A stretch of 64,000 nucleotides of DNA from Candidatus Zhuqueibacterota bacterium (GTDB lineage: Bacteria > Zhuqueibacterota > Zhuqueibacteria > Thermofontimicrobiales > Thermofontimicrobiaceae), in the NCBI GenBank assembly GCA_049322915.1, contig JBMOPW010000014.1, positions 794,764 through 858,763 of the forward strand. The letters run 5' to 3'. Every line of letters starts with the position of its first letter. Positions within the stretch are counted from its first letter, which is position 1. Of the stretch, positions 36,872-47,021 are shown in pieces. The notes beneath the pieces are model-generated. The model made no database searches and was not told the origin of the DNA. It was given only the letters and a program-made list of their open reading frames with translations. The position numbers and the translations under genes were made by a program.

Positions 36872-38368
36872 TCATTTTAACAGCGTCATCTTTTTGAACT
36901 GAGATGCTGCGTTGTCCATGTTGAGCTGATAGAAATAGACGCCTGAACTCACCGGCATCCCGGTGTCATCCAGGCCATTCCAGTACGCTGAATGTTGCCC
37001 CGGAGACTGCTGTTCATGCAGCAGATTTCGGACGACCTGCCCTGTCATTGAAAAGACGGTGAGCGTGATGTAGGCATGGCGCAGCAGCATGTAATGGATG
37101 CTGGTGCCGGCATTGAATGGATTTGGATAATTCTGGGCGATAGAAAAATCAGCCGGCAATTTGGCGTTCTGCTGAGCCGTAACGGAAGTTGCGCCTGCTT
37201 CCCAGCGGTTGACCACAGCGTTGATCCACGCGTTATAGGTTCGCGCCGGTTTGCCTGTGTGAGAATTGCTGTAGGAATCGGTTCCGCCACAGAAAATGGC
37301 AGCGGTTCGCTGGTTGAGCCATGATTCCGGATGATCCTCGGATCCTGCATTCCGGCCAAGTTTATTGGGATCGCTGGTGTCCAGCGTGTTATCCGGAAAC
37401 CCGCCCTGGGGGAACCAGAAATACTCGCCATCCAGCCGGCTGTCACTACCAGTCCAGGCCACTGTATTGTGAAAATCAAAGGGCACTACATTGACGCCGG
37501 GGTAGTCCTCAAACGTATCTGTCCCGGTGGGATCGAACTGATGCAGCCAATCCTCGCGCAGCCATCGGGCGAATTCCCGGCAATTGGCCGCGGCTTCGCT
37601 GCTGATACTCACCATCGGCGGCGCCTGCATGGCGATGAACAGAATATCCGGATGCTCCGCAAAAATATTGAGCATGCCGCGGTAGGCGCATTTCAATTGC
37701 GCCAGAGTGGACGAGGAACCCCACCAATCGCCGCCTGACCAGTAGGTCGAGGAATAGCCATCTTCCACAGAACCGCCGGAATTGAGGTAGGTGAAGTTAT
37801 TCGCGCCGTTGTCCGAATGAGGCGTTCCGCCGGTGACGTTGCCATAGCCGTTATTGGTGGTTGCGCCGTCGTATTGGGTATCGTCGTTGTAAATATCCGA
37901 GCCGGGATAGCATGGCTTGAACATGATGATGTCCATCCGCTCCGCGTTGAACTCATAGTAGTTCAGCATGAAATCGTCGGAATTGTCGTCGATCTGACTT
38001 CCCACCGTCGGTTCCCCGGCAGCGTCCGGCCCCAGATAGCGGTAATACGAATTGCCAACTTTTATTCCCAATTCCCGCTGAAAACGTTTGTACCAGTGCC
38101 GGTAATCCGTGTAATTATTTTCATGTTCATACTGAGTATCGATGTGCGAGTGAAGCGTATAACCCAGGTTGGTCAATCTACTGGCCAATCCGCCGCCCAG
38201 CAGATTCCCTCCGCAGGAGTGGTGGAAAAAATTGAAGACATGATTCTGAATGCCCGCAGGCGTGGAAAAATTGGGATTGCTGAACTGTTCATGCAGCAGG
38301 GAGCGCTGACTGAAACCAGGCGCTGCTGCGAACAGGATAAGGCCGGTCAAGAGTAATTTCAATTTCAT
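36872..38368 (-). CDS. T9SS-CTD (FlgD-Ig-like) secreted protein with putative SGNH-like hydrolase domain
   Basis: Signal peptide; FFHHSCGGNL, DIIMFKPCYP and EDHP motifs; QNYPNPFN..WNGLDD.G..VSSGVYFY CTD. Confidence 0.75.
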   Translation of the reverse strand: MKLKLLLTGLILFAAAPGFSQRSLLHEQFSNPNFSTPAGIQNHVFNFFHHSCGGNLLGGGLASRLTNLGYTLHSHIDTQYEHENNYTDYRHWYKRFQRELGIKVGNSYYRYLGPDAAGEPTVGSQIDDNSDDFMLNYYEFNAERMDIIMFKPCYPGSDIYNDDTQYDGATTNNGYGNVTGGTPHSDNGANNFTYLNSGGSVEDGYSSTYWSGGDWWGSSSTLAQLKCAYRGMLNIFAEHPDILFIAMQAPPMVSISSEAAANCREFARWLREDWLHQFDPTGTDTFEDYPGVNVVPFDFHNTVAWTGSDSRLDGEYFWFPQGGFPDNTLDTSDPNKLGRNAGSEDHPESWLNQRTAAIFCGGTDSYSNSHTGKPARTYNAWINAVVNRWEAGATSVTAQQNAKLPADFSIAQNYPNPFNAGTSIHYMLLRHAYITLTVFSMTGQVVRNLLHEQQSPGQHSAYWNGLDDTGMPVSSGVYFYQLNMDNAASQFKKMTLLK

Positions 38369-38403
38369 GCGATGATTCTCCTATTAAATTTGGGGTTGCC
38401 GGT

Positions 38404-39714
38404 TCATTCCTTCAAACCGATCACGATGTATTCGATGGGATAGGCCTGTGTGTCCGCAGTGGCATTGCTTGCAAACCGCCCGGTTTTTTCATCCCGTTTC
38501 TGAGGTAAAATCTTCGATGGGATTTCCCGTTTTATCACACGATCGAGTTTAAAACCGACATGCTGCAACAATTCGGCAAAAACTTCAGCGTTCAGAATTT
38601 CAACCCCTTTTAATTTTGTGTCGCCGATGACAAAGCAGCATCGGCCGCCTCGTTTCAAAATTCTGCAACTCTCCCGAAACACGCCTTCCATGTCCAGAAA
38701 AAACGCTTCGATCTCTTTGGCCATTTTCTTGCTGTGCGTCGCCATGCGTTCGATGATGTCGCGCGCAATCAGGCTGGGGACCACCTGGTTGTCGTAGCGT
38801 TTGTGCGCCGTTCCAATGAAGCTTTTCCGATATTCGGTCAGGTCGTCGGTGAAATCGAGCCAGATCGTGGATAGCTGATGCAGGTCCGCGTATTCATAGC
38901 TGGTCACGTACGGACTGGAGCTAACGATTAAATCAACGGAATTTTCTCCAGCCGGTTGATGACGGGCGTCACGTTGGGCAATTTGTAAATAGTGAGATAT
39001 GTCGCTGGCGACCCGGCTTGGCGCCACATTGAAAAAAGCGCGATTCCCGCGTTTCATTTTATTGATCTGCCGACGGATCATGTCCCTGGGTCGGGACGGA
39101 TTTTTCTTCATATCGCGCGTCGGCTTGGTGCTGCCCTGAAGCCAGATGGAGCAGTTCTTCAAAATATTGCTGAAGGCGACCAACAAAAAGTCCCGGAACA
39201 CAGGATCAGCCTCCTGGACAATGATGCGTAACAGGACGCCTAATTCATCCCGATTTTTCTCCGGAAACCAGTAGTTGATTCGATCGATATGCTTCTGAGG
39301 CAAAAGGGGCGTGGCGCTATTTTCCTGGTTCGAACCGAGCATTTCTCCGACCGCAGTCAGGAATTGCGTGGTTCGGTCTTCCAATCGCGCCGGATCGATG
39401 GGGGTGGCTTTCACTTTTGTGACCAGGTATGCAATCTTATTAATATCGGTCCCACTGGCGTGAAATCCGCGAGAAATGCCCGTCACGATGGTGGTGCCGC
39501 AGCCCATGAACGGGTCGTTGATATGAGCGTCTTCCGTTGTGATATACTCATCGACTAAGCGCTCGACTAATTGCGGGATAAACTTGGCAGGATAGCGATG
39601 GTAATCATGGGTCCATTTTCCGGTATCCGATGGTTTCGCCCCGGCAAATGCCCACTCTGAATCGATGGCTTTGTTCCGAAAGTAGCGACGAATTTCGTCA
39701 GGTCCCATAGGCAT
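38404..39714 (-). CDS. Orphan DNA amino-methyltransferase (alpha-class, N4C-like)
   Basis: HRYPAKFIPQL and SAM-binding DPFMGCGTT precede the catalytic-position motif DLIVSSSPY. No endonuclease gene is adjacent. Confidence 0.85.
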   Translation of the reverse strand: MPMGPDEIRRYFRNKAIDSEWAFAGAKPSDTGKWTHDYHRYPAKFIPQLVERLVDEYITTEDAHINDPFMGCGTTIVTGISRGFHASGTDINKIAYLVTKVKATPIDPARLEDRTTQFLTAVGEMLGSNQENSATPLLPQKHIDRINYWFPEKNRDELGVLLRIIVQEADPVFRDFLLVAFSNILKNCSIWLQGSTKPTRDMKKNPSRPRDMIRRQINKMKRGNRAFFNVAPSRVASDISHYLQIAQRDARHQPAGENSVDLIVSSSPYVTSYEYADLHQLSTIWLDFTDDLTEYRKSFIGTAHKRYDNQVVPSLIARDIIERMATHSKKMAKEIEAFFLDMEGVFRESCRILKRGGRCCFVIGDTKLKGVEILNAEVFAELLQHVGFKLDRVIKREIPSKILPQKRDEKTGRFASNATADTQAYPIEYIVIGLKE

Positions 39715-39917
39715 AGTGTCTCTTCAAATTGGGTTGATGTATTGGCGGAGAAAAAAAGAAAACATGTAAATTCCCAGCAACGAGTGCGTGGTCGTAGCGA
39801 CATGGCGCTATCTGTTCCCGACCCGGGTGAAGCCTGTCATCTCAATCAGCTTGCCCGCGGGGGAGTGCCATTCTCAATGTCGCCAATCAAAGATTCCGGC
39901 CGCGAGGATGAAGACCA

Positions 39918-40772
39918 TCATTTCCGGCCTGAACCATCTTTCATGAGATAGATGACAATCCCGTCGCTCAATGGCCGGCCATTCTTTTTCGTTTTTTGAA
40001 TGTACGAATAGAAATCTTCGTTGACGACCTTCATTGCCGTGGAAGACGCGTGAACAAAATTTTTGCCATCCAGAATCATGCCCTCGTGAGCAATGATAAT
40101 TCCCTTGCTGAACAGCGACGTTCGAACCAATCCGACGCCGACGACCCCGGGCAATCGTTTCAACAGGGCCGGCGTCACTTTTGATTGCGGGATGTAGGGT
40201 AATTCGATTTTCTTTTCCCAGGCAATGGGGAGGAAATGCGAACCATCGCGCTGCCGGTTCAACACCACGCGGGCGGTATCCAGTTCCGAAGGCCCGACTA
40301 TCGTCGCGGTGATGGCCTCGAAATAATCGGATGTGAGCAGCCGATCCGAAGTGAAATGGCGCCTGTTCTCGTACGAGATGGGGTTTGTCCCTGCGGCTGC
40401 CGGGTAGTAATTGATGTAGGCCATCAGCGATTCTGCTTGCTGATAGCTGAACGCGGACGCAAGAGCGACATTGGTGAGAATTTGCACGGTGCAATTGGTT
40501 CTATCCACGCGAAACACGGGATTGGGTTCGCGACCAGCGCCGTCGCCCAGCGCCTTGAGGTCATAGGGCGTATCCAGCCGCAGCCGGCACAATTCGCGAA
40601 GTCGATCGTCCAACGCTGGAAATTTTTGATGGAGCAGCGGCAGCAATTGGTCGATTTCCTGCCGGGTCATGGTAGTCATTTTTTTAGTGAGAAGATGTTC
40701 CTGGCAGCGCGTTGGTTGAAAACTGAAGAGCAGCAGGGAAAACGCAATGGTTTGAAAAATGATTCTCGCCAT
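39918..40772 (-). CDS. DUF1460 / NlpC-P60-like N-acetylmuramoyl-L-alanine amidase-like protein
   Basis: Start refined to 40772 (GGAGG RBS); signal peptide; TPY...LGDG..P.FR.D..NC, RRHF, HEGM and HASS motifs. Confidence 0.8.
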   Translation of the reverse strand: MARIIFQTIAFSLLLFSFQPTRCQEHLLTKKMTTMTRQEIDQLLPLLHQKFPALDDRLRELCRLRLDTPYDLKALGDGAGREPNPVFRVDRTNCTVQILTNVALASAFSYQQAESLMAYINYYPAAAGTNPISYENRRHFTSDRLLTSDYFEAITATIVGPSELDTARVVLNRQRDGSHFLPIAWEKKIELPYIPQSKVTPALLKRLPGVVGVGLVRTSLFSKGIIIAHEGMILDGKNFVHASSTAMKVVNEDFYSYIQKTKKNGRPLSDGIVIYLMKDGSGRK

Positions 40773-40805
40773 GGTCCCTCCAAAATTTTGAGGTGACTTC
40801 AAAAT

Positions 40806-40829
40806 AAAAACCCATCAATTTTGATGGGT
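40806..40829 (-). terminator. Terminator after tRNA-Pro
   Basis: Minus strand ACCCATCA-AAAT-TGATGGGT-TTTT. Confidence 0.7.
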
Positions 40830-40843
40830 ATGAAAAGATGAAA

Positions 40844-40921
40844 TGGTCGGGGCGCCGAGATTTGAACTCGGGACCTCCTGCTCCCAAAGCAGGCGCGCTA
40901 GCCGTGCTGCGCCACGCCCCG
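40844..40921 (-). tRNA. tRNA-Pro(TGG)
   Basis: CGGGGCG acceptor stem, anticodon arm CCTGC-TTTGGGA-GCAGG, GTTCAAATC T-loop, encoded CCA end. Confidence 0.97.
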
Positions 40922-40964
40922 TTTCGAGTAGACGAATATAGTGCATTTCGGATAAAAAATCAAG

Positions 40965-41564
40965 TCAATTTTTCTCGCGCAAAATCCGCTCCAGAACTGC
41001 TTTTGCCAATCGCAGCGCCTGTCCGCGGTGGCTGATTTCATTTTTCAGGGCCAGTGACATCTCGGCGAAAGTCTGGTTGTACCGGGGCACAAAAAACACC
41101 GGGTCATAGCCGAATCCGCCGCTCCCGCGTTTCCCGGTGAGAATCACACCCGGACAACTGCCCTCGACGAGTTCATGGATGCCGTTGCCAATGATGGAAA
41201 TGACGCAGCGAAAACGAGCGAGTCGCTTTTCATCCGGCACGCCCTGCATGGTCGCCAATAGCTTATTGACATTGTCATCGTACGAAGCATTCTCGCCGGC
41301 AAATCGGCTGGAATACACGCCTGGGCGTCCGTCCAGATAATCGACCTCCAGACCTGTATCATCAGCGACCGCCAGCAGACCGGTGGCGTTGTGCACCTCG
41401 GATGCCTTTTTGATCGCGTTCTGCTCCAGCGTCGCGCCGTCTTCTATCACTTCCGGAATATTAGGGTAATAATCCATGGTGATAATTTCGAGGGGAAGCG
41501 ATTTAAAAATCTCCTGTATCTCGCGAAGCTTGTCACGGTTTCGGGTTGCCAAGACAATTTTCAA
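40965..41564 (-). CDS. rdgB: dITP/XTP pyrophosphatase (Ham1 family)
   Basis: ATRNRDKLRE, ADDTGLEV, PGVYSSRFAG, GFGYDPVF and KNEISHRG motifs; TTG start. Confidence 0.95.
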   Translation of the reverse strand: MKIVLATRNRDKLREIQEIFKSLPLEIITMDYYPNIPEVIEDGATLEQNAIKKASEVHNATGLLAVADDTGLEVDYLDGRPGVYSSRFAGENASYDDNVNKLLATMQGVPDEKRLARFRCVISIIGNGIHELVEGSCPGVILTGKRGSGGFGYDPVFFVPRYNQTFAEMSLALKNEISHRGQALRLAKAVLERILREKN

Positions 41565-41699
41565 AATGTTGTCTTCCTTATTCTGACAATGAAATCAGGG
41601 ATGCAGCCTTTTAGGTCTCAATCCGGACTCTATAAAAATCCCATCCAAAGAAGCAATCAGTTTGTAATTGTAAGTCGAAGGTAACGCCGACCGGATCGG

Positions 41700-41894
41700 T
41701 TAGGCGTACACTTCTTTTTCATTGCAGCTACACACCGGGACGAATTTTTCTTTGAAGCGCCACGTGCCTTTTTCTGTCTTGACTTCAGATTCGATCACTT
41801 TCACAATATTCATGATCTGGCCGCATTTGGGGCATTGATTTGTTGCGATGGCGCCTTTCGCCATTTTCGCTGCAAAGCTACGATCTTTTCCCAT
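41700..41894 (-). CDS. Small basic Cys-containing protein resembling DUF4295 / ribosomal protein bL38
   Basis: 64 aa with AGGAG RBS. Lys-rich, with CPKC and CSC and a KVI.S....KG.W.FKE..V segment like DUF4295. Confidence 0.6.
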   Translation of the reverse strand: MGKDRSFAAKMAKGAIATNQCPKCGQIMNIVKVIESEVKTEKGTWRFKEKFVPVCSCNEKEVYA

Positions 41895-42067
41895 AGTTTT
41901 TCTCCTGACAATTTATGTATTCTTATCCGATGATTGTCCTGATTGTTAAAAAACAGAGCGTATAATTTAAAAAAAAATATGTAAAAGTCAACTAAAAACT
42001 TGCACATGAAAGTTGCATCTGAATAACTGGAGCAATTATTTCAAAAGGGCAGATGATTTCGAGCGGT

Positions 42068-43306
42068 TTACTGGTACTTGCTCAGTCTGGTTTTTAAATC
42101 TTGAATTTCGGTCTCCATTTGTAGCATGCGGGAATTGATCTCCTGGAATTTCTCAGGGGATAAAATAATGGGGGACTGAATGGGTTTGGTTTTGATTGGA
42201 TTGATCAAATCATGATATTGCTGGCGCGGCTTATGAATGCTGAAGCCATTGGGACGTTTGCTCTCCATCCGGGCAAATGTATTCAACTGCCGGTTTTCAC
42301 GGATGAAATTGATGGAGACCAGTTGCCCCGGACTCGTTTTTTCGATGATATCGCCGACAATGTCGGTGTTGTGAAGATAGGTTTCGTTCACTTTGAGAAT
42401 CTGGTCGCCTCGTTTCAGGCCGGCTTTTTCAGCCGGTGAGCCAGCCACCACCACGTCCAGCACTAATTTATGATGAGCGAGCGAATCGTCATTGAAAGAA
42501 ATTCCCAGCCAGCCTTTCTTCTCCTGCTGCATGCGGATGATTTCGTCGGCTAACTGCACAACTTCATTGATGGGAAGGGCGATGCCGCTCTGGTTGGAAT
42601 AGTCCAGAAAAGCGGGTCCCATCATAGAAATGTCGGCGTCCATTTGGGCGGTGATAATGCCGATGATTTCGCCCCGACTATTGATGACCGGACTGCCTGT
42701 ATTGCCGGGATTTATCGGCGCGGAGAGAATGAACAAGCCGCTGTCGGTAAATCCATTGATGAGTCCAAAAGAAGCGAACGGCGAAATTCCCATGGAGTTG
42801 CCCAGCACCATCACCAGCGAATGCAATTTCACATCGGTCGAATTACCAATTTTGGCCGGGGACAGATCCTCAACGTCGATCTTTAAAATGGCCAGTCGGG
42901 TGCGCTCATCAGTGCCGATGTATCTGGCCTCGTATTCTGAATTATCGCTCAAAATAACTTTGATCTTCTCGAAGTCGTTGAGCAGGCTGCTTTTCGTGAT
43001 GATATAGCCAGCTTCATTATAAATAATGCCGGACCCGACCATCCAGATATTATCCTTCTTTTCTTCCTTGTTGCTCTTCGAAAATGGCCACATCCCATCG
43101 TCTTTATCTATCGTGTACGAATAGGACGACATGGATGATACTGTCACCACCGAATGTTTTGTCTTGTCGATGATCGTGGAAATTTCAGTCTGAAGGTCTT
43201 CCAACAAGCTGGATGACTGGGAGAAACTGGCTGAAAACTGGCTGGCGATGAATCCAATGGAAACGAAAGGAATCCATAAACAATGTAGAGTATGCGCGCG
43301 CTTCAT
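42068..43306 (-). CDS. HtrA/DegP-like trypsin-PDZ protein lacking the catalytic triad
   Basis: GSGII...GYIIT, INPGNTGSP..GEIIGI and PDZ motifs GWLGI..GSPAEKAGLKRGD. Start probably MKRAH at 43306. Confidence 0.85.
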   Translation of the reverse strand: MKRAHTLHCLWIPFVSIGFIASQFSASFSQSSSLLEDLQTEISTIIDKTKHSVVTVSSMSSYSYTIDKDDGMWPFSKSNKEEKKDNIWMVGSGIIYNEAGYIITKSSLLNDFEKIKVILSDNSEYEARYIGTDERTRLAILKIDVEDLSPAKIGNSTDVKLHSLVMVLGNSMGISPFASFGLINGFTDSGLFILSAPINPGNTGSPVINSRGEIIGIITAQMDADISMMGPAFLDYSNQSGIALPINEVVQLADEIIRMQQEKKGWLGISFNDDSLAHHKLVLDVVVAGSPAEKAGLKRGDQILKVNETYLHNTDIVGDIIEKTSPGQLVSINFIRENRQLNTFARMESKRPNGFSIHKPRQQYHDLINPIKTKPIQSPIILSPEKFQEINSRMLQMETEIQDLKTRLSKYQ

Positions 43307-43438
43307 AGTCGTTATGATTTCACAATATCTAAAATCCTGATTTCGTGGGTAACTCGCCATAAAATCAGGGTTGTATCTTTTGTATTCAATGCGTTGAACC
43401 CTCGCTTAAAATAGAATGAGCGAATTATCGAAAGCGAA

Positions 43439-44044
43439 TTAGTAGACTCGCTCTCTACTTACATGCATAGGTTTATTCAGTTGGGACTTATTTCGATACT
43501 GCCCAAAGGTCGAGTCTGTCGTTGAGTCTGCTTTGACCTGAACATTGGAGGAAGCCCGATCCGGTTGAATGTACGGAACAGTCTGCCGTTCCATGACATA
43601 GACAACTCGCTCATTGGATGATGGGTGGTTCTGTTTTTCGCCACCATGGTACCACTGGTAGTTTGTAGAGGCATCCATTGGGTAGGAGGAACTGTGCTTA
43701 TTCAGTTGGGTGATAATGGCGATGGACCCGGCGAAAATCAACATCAAAGCCGCTGTTGCAAAAACAGGACGCTGAATTGGTAAAAATGAAAATCGCTCCC
43801 TTCGTCTTCTTTCGAGACCGCTCTCGACCCTGATTCGCGTTCGCAGCACTGTCTCGAAATCCGATGAAACTTTGAGTCGGGGCAGTTCTGAAAGAGACCG
43901 ATGCAATGATTTGAGTCGCGCAATCGTTTTCGAGCAATTCAGACAATCATTGAGATGCTGTTCCATGAGTAGCTTTGTGTGTTGATCAAGCCCTCCTTCA
44001 ATATAATCGGATAATAACGCTTTGAACTTTTTACAACTCTCCAT
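43439..44044 (-). CDS. Zinc-binding anti-sigma factor (zf-HC2) with transmembrane helix
   Basis: C..LLSDYIEG.L...HLNDCLNC motif, one hydrophobic helix, directly downstream of an ECF sigma gene. Confidence 0.88.
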   Translation of the reverse strand: MESCKKFKALLSDYIEGGLDQHTKLLMEQHLNDCLNCSKTIARLKSLHRSLSELPRLKVSSDFETVLRTRIRVESGLERRRRERFSFLPIQRPVFATAALMLIFAGSIAIITQLNKHSSSYPMDASTNYQWYHGGEKQNHPSSNERVVYVMERQTVPYIQPDRASSNVQVKADSTTDSTFGQYRNKSQLNKPMHVSRERVY

Positions 44045-44314
44045 CTCTTCCCTCGAAGTTTCGATAATGATGAATTTACTTTGTATCGTCTAATCAAACG
44101 AATGAATCGTCTGTTGATTAGCCAATTGAAAATATAGGTCTCACTCATTCAAAGACCAACAAAGACCTGTCACATCCACATCCTCAGTCACTGAAACGAC
44201 AAGAACCGATGGAATCCTTGAACCAGTATTTCTGATACACACCTGATTTTTCCTCAGGTTGAGCTTTATATCGGCTGGGCGCAAGCCTTTCTGCGACTTC
44301 CCCTGTGTGTTGTT

Positions 44315-44902
44315 TTATCGTTCCAATAAGTGCTTCAGTTTTTCTTGAAGTTTCAATCGTCCCCTGTTGACACGCGATTTCACTGTTCCCAACGGTATAT
44401 CTACAATTTGGCTAATTTCTTCGTACGATAATTGTTGAACGTCCCGCAATAAAATCACTTCTCGAAACTTAGGAGATAAATCATTAATTTCGCGATGGAT
44501 GATTTCTTCTTTCATCCTGCTGTCGACATCTTTTTCCGGATTATAGGCTTCATCAGAGATATCGTAATCCTTTTCATTATAGCCTAAATCGGATATTGAA
44601 AAGAACTTCCTCCTTTTTCTTTTTCTCAGTTCAGTCTTGGCTAAGTTGCCAGCAATGGTATAAATCCATGTAGAGAACTTAGCTACCTTCTGATACGCTC
44701 GCCGATTTCTGTAGACTCGTAAAAATGTTTCCTGAACAAGGTCTTCTGCTTCTTCGGCATTTCCCAAAAATCTATAAATAAAATTTAATAATTGGTTTTT
44801 GTATCTTTTGACTATTAAATCAAAAGCATACAAATCACCATTCTGAAATTTTTCAATTAAATCTTCGTCTGTTGGCTGTGTTACTTTTTCACGCTGTTCC
44901 AT
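44315..44902 (-). CDS. ECF RNA polymerase sigma factor (RpoE/SigW-like)
   Basis: AEDLVQETFLRVY, FSTWIYTIA.N and LSYEEISQIVDIPLGTVKSRVNRGR motifs. Confidence 0.95.
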   Translation of the reverse strand: MEQREKVTQPTDEDLIEKFQNGDLYAFDLIVKRYKNQLLNFIYRFLGNAEEAEDLVQETFLRVYRNRRAYQKVAKFSTWIYTIAGNLAKTELRKRKRRKFFSISDLGYNEKDYDISDEAYNPEKDVDSRMKEEIIHREINDLSPKFREVILLRDVQQLSYEEISQIVDIPLGTVKSRVNRGRLKLQEKLKHLLER

Positions 44903-44923
44903 TCATTCGTTCCTGCAAAAATT

Positions 44924-44951
44924 TTAACCCAATCTTATTCGCAAAAGTTCC
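44924..44951 (-). promoter_or_regulatory. Putative autoregulatory ECF promoter
   Basis: Minus strand GGAACTT-N16-GTTAA, about 20 nt upstream of the sigma factor ATG. Confidence 0.6.
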
Positions 44952-45002
44952 CATAATTCTCTCTTTAGAAAAAACATGACTTTGCAACATGTTTTGCCCA
45001 TG

Positions 45003-46028
45003 TTACTGCTTAATAATTTTGTAGACTAATAATTCTATAATCAACTTCGGTTGCTGATAGCTGCTTTTTAAATGAGAATCCGCTTCAGCCAAATGATGAA
45101 AAGAACGCCGGAGCTGTTCATCCGAATATTTTCGAAACTGGCTTTTCATTTTATTTATGACAAAGCCGGCCAGCCTAGTCATGGCAGCGATTTCATTGGT
45201 CGATGTCTTGCCCATTCGATTGGCGGAGGCGAGTTTTACCAGGTTGACCATGTGTTTGGAAATTTGAATGATCATCGTTGACGGATTTTCTCCCTGGTCC
45301 AACAGCTTGTCCACGATATTGATGGCCGCTGGAAAATTTTTCTCTCCGATTGCATTGCACAACTCAAAAATATTGAACTGTTTGGAAATGCTGGTCACCT
45401 TCTGAACATCATCAGGCGATATTCGGGTGCGTGGGAGAATATTCACCAGCACCTTCTCCAACTCATTGGTCAGGTTCAGCAGCGAACTTCCTACCTGCGC
45501 CAGCAACAGGGGAATCGCCTGGGTGTCAATTTGTATTTTTTTCGAACGCAGATGCTCTTCGATCCAGGGTATCAATTCATTGTCGTACAATTGCCGGCAG
45601 TCAACCGACAGCGCGAAATTGGAAATGGCGATTAAGCTTTTTCCAGTGACACTCTTTTGAGGCGATGTCAATACGAGACATGTCGTCGGTGTTGGTTTCA
45701 AGAGAGCATCGCCTAATAGTTTTTGAGCGGCAGGTTTGAGCAACTGAATATCTTTCAATATAACCAGGCGCCGCTGGGCCATCATCGGATAGGACCTGGC
45801 GATATTGATCACTTTTTCAATCTCGGCCTCATTGGCGTAGAACATATCAAAATTGAAATCGCGGTTGGTCGGGTCGACTACAACGTCGATTATTTTATCA
45901 ATGAGCTGATCGTGCTGGTATTTCTCCTCTCCAAAAATGAAATAGACCGGGGCGAGTTCTCTTTTCCCAAGCGAGGTAAGCGCCTGCTGGTAAGTGATCG
46001 ATTTAATTTTTGCCGCTGTCTTATTCAT
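45003..46028 (-). CDS. holA: DNA polymerase III delta subunit
   Basis: PVYFIFGEE.Y, DFNFDMFY, SYPMMAQRRLVI, NELEK, FNIFEL..AI and ADSHLKS motifs. Confidence 0.92.
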   Translation of the reverse strand: MNKTAAKIKSITYQQALTSLGKRELAPVYFIFGEEKYQHDQLIDKIIDVVVDPTNRDFNFDMFYANEAEIEKVINIARSYPMMAQRRLVILKDIQLLKPAAQKLLGDALLKPTPTTCLVLTSPQKSVTGKSLIAISNFALSVDCRQLYDNELIPWIEEHLRSKKIQIDTQAIPLLLAQVGSSLLNLTNELEKVLVNILPRTRISPDDVQKVTSISKQFNIFELCNAIGEKNFPAAINIVDKLLDQGENPSTMIIQISKHMVNLVKLASANRMGKTSTNEIAAMTRLAGFVINKMKSQFRKYSDEQLRRSFHHLAEADSHLKSSYQQPKLIIELLVYKIIKQ

Positions 46029-47021
46029 ATCCTCTCGTTGATTGAGGTGATCTTCTCCTGCTCTGGCTCGGTCAATTCAAAGCTCGAACCTGCCAATTCA
46101 GGCTCGAATGATGGCATCATAAGGACAACACAATAATAAGACGTCAAATTTCCCGGGAACGATGCATCCGAAAATCAACTCTATTTAATGAACCCGCCGC
46201 TTCATGTCCGGTTAATCATCTGATTGACGATAAAAATTTCCAAACGAACTGCGCTGAATAGAGCTAATTTAAGTTTTTAATATAGGATATTTAAACCATT
46301 ATTGCAAGAAAAAAACTGAGACGTCGGGGAAATGCCTGTGCCAGTGAAAGTGTCGGGTGTTGACTATTCAGACATGCAACTGGAAATTTGAAACTGATAC
46401 GGAGTTGGCAGCATTCAAATTGACCGTCGACGAATGGTCAATGCGTAACGCAGTGACCGCTTGTTTTTCGATACCCATTCAGGTTATTAGTAACGGGCAA
46501 TTTTTTTCTGTGTATTTTTGGCAGAAAATTTTAATACGTTTTTAATAGAACACGGATGACGCGGATAACACGGGTTTACACAGATAAAGATTCCGTGAAA
46601 ATCAGCGCGAAACGTCCGCCATCTTTCAGGAGGATCATCAGCGTTCTATTTTTTTTTGGTTCTGGTTTGTCCATGTTGGGTTTATTGTTCAGAGTTCAGA
46701 GCGAATAATTTTTTCGGTTCAATTCCCTGGCTGGTTGCCGGGCTGGAATTGCTTCAGGTTATTTCATTTTCATGTCTCGAAAACCTTGAACTGTAACTTT
46801 TAGAATTTTGAACCGGATTCGCTATGTTTTCGAATTACAAATTCGAGTTTTGAAAATGAGTTATGGGTGAAAAACCTGGTTTTTGACCCTGCGGTGGGAC
46901 GATCCTTCTGCTGGCTGTTCAATATTTTTATTGATTATTTATTGAAAAATGAGTAAACTTGTCAGCAAATTTTCTTCAACTTGGTTTGAATATTCATTGC
47001 CATCGCGATTTAGGAGTTATC

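Noticed and set aside
39720..39910. Structured RNA upstream of the methyltransferase
   Set aside because: Only short hairpins (e.g. TAGCG/CGCTA) and no recognisable motif, so support is insufficient.
38404..40921. Genomic island or prophage integrated at tRNA-Pro
   Set aside because: No integrase, no phage genes and no duplicated tRNA 3' end were seen.
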